Assembly (NCBI GenBank): GCA_048013815.1
Contig: CM106586.1
Span: forward strand, 20,956,001-21,020,000
DNA from: Setoptus koraiensis
Taxonomy: Eukaryota > Animalia > Arthropoda
DNA: 64,000 nt
Direction: 5' to 3'
Positions 25,243-35,130 of the stretch are shown piece after piece (position 1 is the first letter of the stretch; each line of letters starts with the position of its first letter). Under the pieces are notes generated by a model, which worked only from the letters and a program-made list of their open reading frames with translations, was not told the origin of the DNA and searched no databases. Position numbers and translations under genes: made by a program.

Positions 25243-25577
25243 GTAAGAGAGAGAGAGAGTCACCCTTTATCTAGATTGATGTCGGCCCGCGCTGACCGGC
25301 GCTACCCGCGTACCGGGCCGCTCAGCGTCGGGGCTAGTCATTCGGAATAAATGGCTCACAGTTAATCTGGCGCAGTTAATCTAATATTTCGCCCTCTGTC
25401 TCTCTCCCTCTCTCTATGTCCCGCTCGACAACGCCGACACTCTTGTCTGGCCCCGCGAACAACAACCCGCAACCACGACCCGCAAACAACAATCCGCAAC
25501 GACGACCCGCGAACGGTGACCCGCGGCGACGACCCGCGACGACGACCCGCAAACAACACGATTGTCCGGCCCGCCAG

Positions 25578-25683
25578 AATTGTGTGCCGCACCGGAGCCA
25601 GCCTGGTGGGGCCCCAGTCGGCGCTCGTGGTGGTCGGAAACCGGGCCGGCGTGGCCCGAGCGCAGGACAAGTTCCAGTACAAG
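25578..25683 (+). CDS. PlexB: Plexin-B-like exon 5 (IPT3, C-part)
   Basis: (R)IVCRTGASLVGPQSALVVVGNRAGVARAQDKFQYK. Phase-2 acceptor at 25576-77; phase-0 donor GTGAGC at 25684. Confidence 0.9.
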
Positions 25684-26277
25684 GTGAGCGATATTTGCAT
25701 GTTTACGAGCGGTCGTTACGGGCGCCCTGTGGGCGGCCGACGATCGTTCAAACGGACGCATCAACTGAAACATCATCCACTGCAACTGGCGAGGCGCCAC
25801 GCACACACTTGCAGAGACGATTGGAGTGGCTCCATTGTTTGCATGCGTGCGTCTATGCGAGCTGTCGTCGGTATTTATCGTGGGGCCCACGACAGCGGAT
25901 AAGCTCGAGCGAGGCGAGCTCATATCGCATTCGCGCATCATATTTGCATACAGTGCGTGTGTCAATTTCGGCCACTCGCAACATCGAGTTTGTTGTGTGC
26001 GACTGGCAAGTTCGCGGGCACTTACGATGCGATTTATGTAGATTTAATGCGGCTGGCAAGTCGCCGTCCGTGGCCAACTTAATTTGAATATTTATGGCCA
26101 CTGGAATCCAGTGCGGTCTGGCAGAATCGAGTGACTCGCTGCCGCTCCGGCCGCCGCAGTCCAGCGATTGCCGCTCTGGCCACCGCAACCCGGCGACTGC
26201 ATTCTGGTGACGGCGCTCGTTTGGCCACTGCCCGAGCTTTACTGACCGTCGGTGACCGCGCCGCACTGCGAGCCATA

Positions 26278-26334
26278 GAGCGCCACTGCGGGCCTTAGAG
26301 CGCCACTGCGGGCCTCAGAGCGCCACTGCGGGCC
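26278..26334. repeat. 20-bp tandem repeat, ~3 copies
   Basis: Unit GAGCGCCACTGCGGGCCTYA. Confidence 0.85.
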
Positions 26335-29300
26335 GTGCAATAGACGGTCGCCACCATTGTGACTTCTTGATTGCGAGGGCAAACAAGTGCGGCCGCGGCC
26401 CGCTTGCCGGCCAGCGAAACAAGCGCCGGTCCGCAAACTGCATCCCGCCGCAAACTGTCGACCGGCGGCCGCCAGTTATCGTTTCGGGCCATCTCAACTG
26501 GCCCGAAATGACATGCACGGGCCACAAGCGGGCCAACGAGCGGGCCGCCTGTGGCCGCTGACGATGCCCATGACGGCCATAATCAATCTAGCGATGCCCA
26601 TCGGACCGTTATCGGACCGTCGGCGGACCATTGGCGGGCTGTTGGCGCACTGCCGGCGCGCTGGCCGTCGGTCGGGCGCCCGTCGGCCGTCGCGAGCCAG
26701 CCGTGGGCGACATCGGGTGTCAAGTCAGCGGACAATGCGCGGCCAGCATCACTTTTAATCTATTCGGTGGCCGCTCGTTTGTTTGCATGTTTGCCCGTCG
26801 CGGCCGCCGTCGGCCCGCTTGCGGTCTGCTTGTGGCCCGCTTGCGGTTCGGCTGCGGGCCGGACGCGACGACAGCGGCGACTCTTGCGGGCAGCGACTTT
26901 TGCGGGCGCAAGCGAACGCGAGAGCCCGAATGTTGATAAATTGCGGCATCATTTATTAGCATCGGTGCACTTGTTATGCTGTTGAGCAGATAGCGCGCGT
27001 AGCGGACACAAACGACAACAGCGACGGCAAACATTGCACGCGGACAAAATGAGATTTTACAGCCATTGGCAACAGTAATTATGGACCGTTTAATAGATGA
27101 TTTTGTCGCCGCTTGGCGCTGGTAATTGTGTCAGGCGCAGCAGTCGCTAATATTGGCCAAGACGCAACCGTTTGTTTGCATGCCACTCGCATCGGGCAGC
27201 GGGTAGCGGGCGTCAGCACCGCACTGCATCATTGGGACCGCATCATTGGAGCCGCATCATCGGCCGCAAAACCATTAGCGGCCCGCTAATGATCGCGCCA
27301 ATTAATCGCGGGCCGTCGCGACAGAGCGCGCAGCCGGGTCCCGAACGGCAACTCGACACGATTGGCAATGTTTGCGCGCTTGTCACTCGCTTGTTGGCCC
27401 CATACAAACAAGGTGCATCAGATAATTAATATTCCGCAACTCGCCCGCATCTTTCCATTCTCGGCCGGTCGGCGCGCGTCCTCCGTTTGCCCGTCCCCGG
27501 CGGCCGCTGTCGAGCGGCGCCCAAAGTCTGGCTGGCGACCGCTGTCGAGCGGTGCCCAGAGTCTGGCTGGCGGACCGCCGACACCGGGCCGCAAGCGGCC
27601 GGCCCGCTCTGGCGACAATCGGTGCCCGTTTGCGCACAGTGGACACATCGCAAAGTCATTTGATTTTGATTGGCGCCGCCCGGCCCCCAAAGTGTCAATT
27701 GTCGGCTGGCGCAGTCACCCCGGCGAGCGATTGTTATGCACGTCACGACGGCCGCCTGTTTGGCGCCCCGGGGCCCCGCTCTCGGCTGGGGCCCGCTCCG
27801 GCCGACACGCGCCCAGCCCACGCAGGCCGCGGCCCACGCAAGCTCCGGTCGACGCGAGCTGGCCCGTGAGTCAGCTGACAGCGATACGGCTGATGGATGG
27901 CGGGTTGCGGCCGCCGCCGGACGCAAGCTCCGGCCGGCACAAGCCCCGGCCGAGCTGTCAACGGGCTGTGGCGTCAAGCAAGGCAACGCGCGCCTCATAT
28001 ATATTGTAATTATAATAATAACTTAAAGTGCTCGCCAGCGACACACTTTAACTTTAATATTAACTGGGCCCTTTATGGCGCCGTTATGTAGTCGCTGGCC
28101 GGCCACCGACTTGTCAATGGACTGGCCGCTGGCTCGACTGGCGCTATTAAACCGGTTAGCTGTCCATTGAGCGTTGATGGACGCAAAATGAGAATTTTAT
28201 TTTTATTTCTGTTTTATTTGCGCGCGTAGCACGTGCTACGTGCAAATAAGCGAGCGGCCACTTGTCACAGTGGAGTCTCGTGCCCACCACTTTGACTTAC
28301 ACTTTGAATGGGCGCTCTATAATTCAATGTGTGTGTGGCGCCCATTAGAATCTCGTCCGAACCATCTGATAAGAGCACTTCTTCGTCGTGTATATTTCGA
28401 CAATTTTTCAGACATAAAAATATCTGTCGCGGTGGCTTGCGTTATCTGGCTCACTTTTGGCCATATCTGATGATACTGGCGCCAACACAACAGGCCAGAC
28501 ACCGGACACTGGTCAAACAGAGGCGCCCCAGTTGGCCCCATAACATCACAATAACATCACAATAACATGACGATAACAGCGCGCCCGGCGGCATCGAGTA
28601 ACATCATCATAACGACTGTATGACTGGTGGTCGTAACGTCAAAGAGGCGCTAAAAGTTAAAACCAAGCCAGACCACTTTTTACCACTGGGCCCGGCCCGG
28701 CAATCTTCGTTCGGCCCGCGCAACACACGCACACACACACAAGTGGCCAGAGTGGCCGGAGTGGCCGGAGCGGCCGGAGCGGCCGGAGCGGCCACTTGAG
28801 CCTCGCCGGCTGGTCAAGAGATGATGAGCTCGCCAATATTAGATTAGGGCATGTGTGCCGCTGCCAACGAGTGCGGGCCCCCGCAAACACATCGCCAGCG
28901 GTGGCCACAACACTCGGCTACACATATTATATACTCCAGCAACGACAGTGCAGCGGCGGCAGCGCAACGACGAAAGCGCAAGGTTTGAATGAATCACTTT
29001 GAATTCTCGAACGGGCCCCATTTGAGGCCCGGTCTCGCCCACTCTCGTCTGGGCCGTTGTCTGGCGGGCCGAGCAGCTCGGCTCGCTCGGCTCACTCGGC
29101 TCACTCGCATCGCTACAGTCAATAGTGTCAAGACTGTCGCACGCAGTCACTGTTGCGTCGCGTCGTCTTACCGAGCGGTTACGTCACCGCGTCTGTCTGT
29201 ACGGTTACGTCAGCGCGTTTGGCCAACCAAGCAACGCACGGTTGCCACAAACATACCGTGTAGTGATACGTGGTTACGTAACAGATCGCCGGACAGTGTC

Positions 29301-31114
29301 GCCGTGGCAGTGCGTGCCGATTTGTTGATTGTCCCACACAATGCGACACAATATGGCACGCTGCTGTCGTGTCCATGGGACAATGTCAACATCGACGGCT
29401 GCTGCAGCCACTAATTGAAATTGTGACAGTAGCTTGTGGCCAGACGGACAGTGTCATAATGCATGGCATCATCATTAACTGGCCGAGATTGTCGTTTGTG
29501 CGCGCTCTCACTGTCGTAATGACTGTCGTTGCGGCGTTGCGCGTCGTCATTTGGCCGACACGATTTTATCTCGGCGACAAATGCGACAAATGCCCGACCG
29601 GCTACCGCTTGCCCGCATACAAACGCCGCGCAAGATTCATCATCGGTCAAGAGTTGCCAGTCTCACTCAAGTGTGCCACGCTCAATAAACGACCGAATTC
29701 CAGATTGCCCAATTCGAGTTCTTCAGTCGCTGGAGTTTGGTGGCCGCGAATTGGCCGGCCGCAGTTGGCCGCCATTGGCCGCAGTTGGCCGCATCCGAAG
29801 CGCCGACTAGCAGCCAGTTGTAATTTGGCGAGTGACAATTAATTTATGTGACCCGCTGAATAATGTTGCCCGCTGCACTGGCCAATGGCGGCCTTATCTG
29901 GCGGGCATCTACTCGCTACTAGCAGGCTCATAATGATAAAGCAAACAAGCCACAAATCATTCCCTCGGCTACCATCGCTTCGGCCGCCGCTGCTCGTCGT
30001 CTGCGTCTCGGCTGACCTCTGGCCGTTCTCACGTATGCCTCGGGAATTCTCGCCATTCCCGACTCTCGACTCTCAATTCTCGACTCTCCATTTCTGCTCG
30101 CATCCCATGCCATGAATGTCGGGCCTTCTCGGCGCTCTCGACTCGCCGTGCTCAGCCGCTCCGCGCGGCCCGATCGCGAGTGGACGCGGATTCCCGGCCG
30201 CGCCGCAGAGTCCGCAGAGTCCGCAGAGTCCACTGAGTCCGCAGAGTCGGCCGGCCGGCGGCGCTCGCGTCGCTTGTGCCGCTGGTGACCAACGAGCGGC
30301 GCAAATTCTTGGCGCACTACAATAACCTGCAGCGGCGCGGTGTTGGCTCCATTAGTATGCGACCTCTGACAAGATTTATTGAGTCTGGATTAGATAATAA
30401 ATGGACTACTTGTTGTTGTTTGTCGCCCATTGCGAGGCTCGGTCGCCGGCGCAGCGATATGATCAGCGCTTCGGCGGCTCGGCGCTGCGGCGCTTGGCGC
30501 TTCGGCGGCTCGGCGATCGCCACTGTTGGCGCTGTTGCCAGCGGCTGCTTGGAGCGTCTTATTAGCGATAAATCTTGATTATCAGATTATAATGTGTTTG
30601 GCAGTTTTATTTCGCTCAATACCTGACAACTGCGCCGTGAGTGCGGCTACCTGAGCTGACGGCCTGACGAGCGGCCGACCAACACTCAATATGCGCCCTC
30701 CCGACGGCCGTTATTTGCCCTGATGACACATTACTCATTATTATCATTTTATTTTAATTTTGAATCCAATTCAAGCGCACTCACACAAATTGCACAACGC
30801 TGACATGACGCTGATATAGCGCTGATATTACGCTGATATAACGATATAGCGAAAAGTCAAATGCTCGAGAGGCTCGAGAGAGAAGCAACAATTTGTGTCC
30901 GATACACGGCATGCTTTAATGGCCCCGTCCAGTGACAGCTGCTGGACAATCGCTGTCAGCGGTGGCCGTGTGCCGGCCGACACAAAATCGGCGACGCATT
31001 TGATAAAATAAACACTGTACATATGATAAATGCTCGCAATAAATCATTGATGAATAACCAACTCTCCCACCGTTATTATTTTTCATCTTTACACACTCAC
31101 ACTCGCACTCACAG

Positions 31115-31251
31115 TCCATCCATTTGACCGATGTCAATCCAAAATTCGGACCCATGTCAGGTGGAACCCGGCTCTTTCTGACAGGCTCCAACTTGAACAT
31201 TGGCTCAAAGATCTCTATCTTCTTGGACGATGCGCCGTGCACGCTGGACAG
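31115..31251 (+). CDS. PlexB: Plexin-B-like exon 6 (IPT4, N-part); absent from the ORF track
   Basis: SIHLTDVNPKFGPMSGGTRLFLTGSNLNIGS..FLDDAPC. Acceptor cacAG at 31113-14; phase-2 donor GTAATA at 31252. Confidence 0.9.
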
Positions 31252-31385
31252 GTAATATATATAATATATCTGCGACATCTCGCTTCGCTCGCTTGCAGAA
31301 TTGGCGCTAACCTTTCTCCTTTCCATTGTCCTTTCCTTTGTCGTTGTACCCGCTAACGAACATATCAACGTATGTGTATATACAG

Positions 31386-33159
31386 GCTCGAGGCCAGCAG
31401 CAGGCAGATAAGCTGCATGACGCCCCAAAATACGGATATATCAACAAGTCGCGTTACGCGACTCACCTTGAACGTTGACAACTCCACTCACATCATACCG
31501 CACCCGTTTGTTTATCATTTGGATCCCGTTATAACCTCAATCAGTCCCATAGAGAGCTTTGTGTCGGGCGGCCGGCCGCTCATAATCACCGGGCATCATT
31601 TAAATGTGCCACAAACCGTTAAATTGTTGGTATATCACGAACACTATACAAACATATTCAATGGTAGCTATTGTATGGCAGAAAATGACACTTGGATTAT
31701 GTGTCTGACGCCGGCCATAAATAAGGAGATGCTCATGAGTGTCGGTGATACAACAACAACAACAACAAGTCAAACACGATCATTGATGCCAGTGGGCCAA
31801 GATCAGACAGCCAGCGCTCAAGATCAGCCCGCAGTGTCCGTTAACAATGTTAATCTTTTGAACGATATTCAATACGATAATGGCGGCCTGAGATTAAAAA
31901 TGTCAATTGTTATGGACGACGTGAGATCTGTTAGGCAATTAGATGAATATTATCCTCATTTGCCCCATTATATAACCTATTATGATGATCCGATAGTGTA
32001 CAAATTTCCCACAGAAATAGTCGTCTACAGTCCTGATGGGCTTGTGATAGAGGCCGATAATCTCAAGATGGCCTATCTCAAAGAGGACATAATAGTGACC
32101 ATTGGCATAAAACTTTGCACAATAACATCAATACGAGCCAATCAGATAGTGTGTACGCCGCCCCAGGAGCCCGTTCAACCGACCGACGACAAAGGTTATC
32201 CAACGGAGCGTCAATTGCCCCAAATTGTGGTCACCATTGGCTCAAACATTCGCCAAGAATTGGGATACATGCAATACGAGCCAAGTTTCTACAGTTCTAG
32301 CAGTCGCTCCGGCTCAGACATGACAAACGATTCGTTTTGGGCCGGGCCCCAAAAAGCTCTAATGGCCATTGTGGGTTTGTTTACATTTGGATTGGCCGTT
32401 GCAATGTTGTTTGTGGTGGCATTTTCGCGTTATCGCAACTCTAAGGCAGAAAAAGAATACAAACGTATCCAATTGCAAATGGGCTCATTGGACGTAAATG
32501 GCAACAATGGCGTGGGTGGCGGTGCCAATGGAGGACTTGTCCGTGGCGCAAATTGTGATCTAGACTATAGCAGCAGTGGTGGTCATCATAGCGGAGTGCC
32601 TAGCCTGTCGTCGCCAAGCAACAAAAAACTTCTCGCTTCTTATCCGTCGAGTCCGCTAACCAATTTCTCCACCATGTCCAGTGGCCCAGTTGCCAATGGC
32701 AATAGTGTCGCCAATCATACAATTCATCCTCATATTACTAAAATTAACGGATTGACCACCAAATATACAACAACCGTTCAGACGCCCTTAATAGGTAACT
32801 CGGGCTCTGAGCAGATTGTCTCAGGCCCAAATAGCTGGACATTTGACAATCTGTCCTCATCCAAGTCGTCGTCGGGCGGATCGCCCATGCAAAAGTCAAT
32901 AGAACGTCCACTAATATCCAACATGAACCATCATCATCAAATAGTCAATCACCACAATAATCTGGCTTCGGCCAACGACCATCAGCAGCACAACTATCAG
33001 ACAATTGAAAGGGATTCAATTTACAATTCAAGCCTCAATCGTCGTTACAATTGGCATTCCGATGCACCATCAACTATTGTGCCTTATGCCGTCATTGAGG
33101 CTTGCAATGTCGGCGATCGTCATAGCGAAGATAATAAGACAATGAGAAACTATGTATGA
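31386..33159 (+). CDS. PlexB: Plexin-B-like exon 7 (IPT4-6, TM helix, non-canonical cytoplasmic tail, stop)
   Basis: Phase-2 acceptor tacAG at 31384-85. ESFVSGGRPL IPT motif; TM ALMAIVGLFTFGLAVAMLFVVAF at ~32356-32424; juxtamembrane NSKAEKEYKRIQLQMGSLD. Then a low-complexity tail to TGA at 33157-59. Confidence 0.9.
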
Positions 33160-33271
33160 AAACATTCAACATTTAAACTTAAATTATTGTTATTTATATT
33201 TACTTATTGCTGTAGATATAACATTCTCAAACTGCCAACAGAGGATTTTCTCTAAAAAGTTAATTTTTCCA

Positions 33272-33277
33272 AATAAA
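33272..33277 (+). terminator. Candidate polyadenylation signal of the plexin transcript
   Basis: AATAAA ~113 nt after the stop, in an AT-rich stretch. Confidence 0.5.
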
Positions 33278-33501
33278 AAAGAAACGTTTCCGCTTCAGTT
33301 TGAAGCTGAAAAAATACACTTCCAGCAGTACGATGATGGCATCTATTCAATAGTAACAATCATTTAACTATTTATTTTACTTTGCTTTATCTCTGTTATC
33401 CAAGGCAGTGAAACTATTGAAGCAGGCAAATGTCTCTTCGATTAGGCGGAAATAGTAGAACAATTATAGAAATAATTTCAATCATGATTAATATGGCCAA
33501 G

Positions 33502-35130
33502 TCATAGTCCGCTGTAATTTCCAGACGACTCTTGCTGCTTTTCTTGGTGTCCCCTTGTCCTTCCTTGCAACCTGTTGCACCTTGGACAGCATTCTGGCCC
33601 TGTCAATGTAGCAAAACATTCAAGATGAAAGACTGTCTGACACTTGTGACATCGATACACTGAATCCGTATCGAATGGGTATATTATTTGTGGTGATTTG
33701 CATATTTCACATATGAAACCCTTTTGGCAACAAAGCATGCAATTGTGGACGTGACGCCGTCCAAAGGAAACTACACTCTTGAGTAGTTGTGCCAGGGCTC
33801 CCGATTTCACTTGTTCTAGATCCTCGAGTGAATACAGGTGTATGTGCTCAATTAGATGCTCACGGGGCCAGACTAATTTTGTCAACTCGAACGATATAGA
33901 GTCCTGAGTGCAAGTGAAACAATACGACCTTAAAAAGAAGGCCTGACTACGTAAATTCAATATTTCTCTCATTTCTACACAAACGGTGTATAGCAAAGGC
34001 GACATCATCTTGAGGTCGAAGATTGCCTCAGTGCTAATTAAATCCAGGAAATGTTGATTCCTTTTTGACACAGGATACTTTTTGAAGTCCCAGTTGCACA
34101 AAATTCTGGCCGGTATAATAGATTTTTCATCAAGATGACATTCTGTACAGTAGAGATGTCCATCGTACATGCAAAGTCGCGATTGACCAAACACCATACC
34201 TATTGGTCTACGACAGGAATAGCATTTGTATTCTTGTTCGTTATAGCCGTGTTCATTACCAATCTTTGGTAACTGTTGAAGGAATCGTTCTACCTCGGGA
34301 TCATTACTGTAAACATCCAAAATTGCACTCTTAGGAATAATCTCGTAGTCTGTTGGCCTTCGATTGACACGATTCACATACGGATGCAACCTTGTTGCAG
34401 CATGAATGTTGCTATCCAACGCATTAACATGTTTAAAACTATCAGCCGGATGTGTTTGTTGATTGGACGATGTGGTAGCATGATGCCGACAGTCAGTGTG
34501 GCGGTCGGCCGAGCTAAATGAAAGTTTTTCCTTTTGTCGATGACTTTGGCCAGAGTTTGGGGCAGCACAAACAGCCATTGTACCTCTCATTTCGGGAGTA
34601 CTTGAGAGTGCGGTGCCGGCGGTGGCGCTAGAATAATTCCAAAGGACCTTATCGTAGCTCTCCTCCTCGAGATGATCTTCTTTCAATAATAGTGACGATG
34701 ACAATGATGATTGAGGGTTTCGTGGGAAAGTTGCCTGGTCACTAGCGATTGAGGCGCTGGAAGATCGAGCGTTATTGTGAAGCAGCAATTCACTAAGTTC
34801 GTCCAACTTAGACGTGTCCGAGTTTGATGAGGAACGTTCCAGTTGAATCGATGCTGTTGCTGTTTTATCTACATTTATTTTTTGGTCTTGACTATTTGGT
34901 TTTATCACGTTGTAATTGGATGAACCACTAGTGGATGCGCTGCCCGATGCCGCAATACTGTGACTATCCGATGTTTTGTTATCACTTGGATGTTGTTGGT
35001 GCGTCTTGTTTCGACCAGATTCTTTAATTGACTTTTGTTGCAATCTAGACTCCTCTTCTATCAACTGCTGCACAACATCAATGGCCGGCATAACAGGGGC
35101 CAAGTTGAGTAAGTGATCATCGAAATGCAT
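33502..35130 (-). CDS. plekhm1: PLEKHM1/Rubicon/DEF8-family protein with C-terminal Rubicon-homology (RH, Rab7-binding zinc) domain, 542 aa, single exon
   Basis: RH signatures C..C.RPIG, LC.YDG.LYC..CH, IIPARIL.NWDF, WPREHL.EHIHLYSL.DL, HVHNC.LC.QKGFICEIC, CHKC..VFH..C, CPRC.R. The WPRE and IG-x-F segments look closer to PLEKHM1-type than to Rubicon (from memory). No RUN or PH domain in the ORF. Confidence 0.8.
   Translation of the reverse strand: MHFDDHLLNLAPVMPAIDVVQQLIEEESRLQQKSIKESGRNKTHQQHPSDNKTSDSHSIAASGSASTSGSSNYNVIKPNSQDQKINVDKTATASIQLERSSSNSDTSKLDELSELLLHNNARSSSASIASDQATFPRNPQSSLSSSLLLKEDHLEEESYDKVLWNYSSATAGTALSSTPEMRGTMAVCAAPNSGQSHRQKEKLSFSSADRHTDCRHHATTSSNQQTHPADSFKHVNALDSNIHAATRLHPYVNRVNRRPTDYEIIPKSAILDVYSNDPEVERFLQQLPKIGNEHGYNEQEYKCYSCRRPIGMVFGQSRLCMYDGHLYCTECHLDEKSIIPARILCNWDFKKYPVSKRNQHFLDLISTEAIFDLKMMSPLLYTVCVEMREILNLRSQAFFLRSYCFTCTQDSISFELTKLVWPREHLIEHIHLYSLEDLEQVKSGALAQLLKSVVSFGRRHVHNCMLCCQKGFICEICKSPQIIYPFDTDSVYRCHKCQTVFHLECFATLTGPECCPRCNRLQGRTRGHQEKQQESSGNYSGL

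Noticed and set aside
18683-26334. Short direct-repeat arrays as CRISPR
   Set aside because: Head-to-tail units without unique spacers, no cas genes, eukaryotic context.
32425-33159. MET/RON-type receptor kinase as an alternative identity for the Sema-PSI-IPT protein
   Set aside because: No kinase motifs, three PSI domains, and a plexin-B-specific juxtamembrane sequence.
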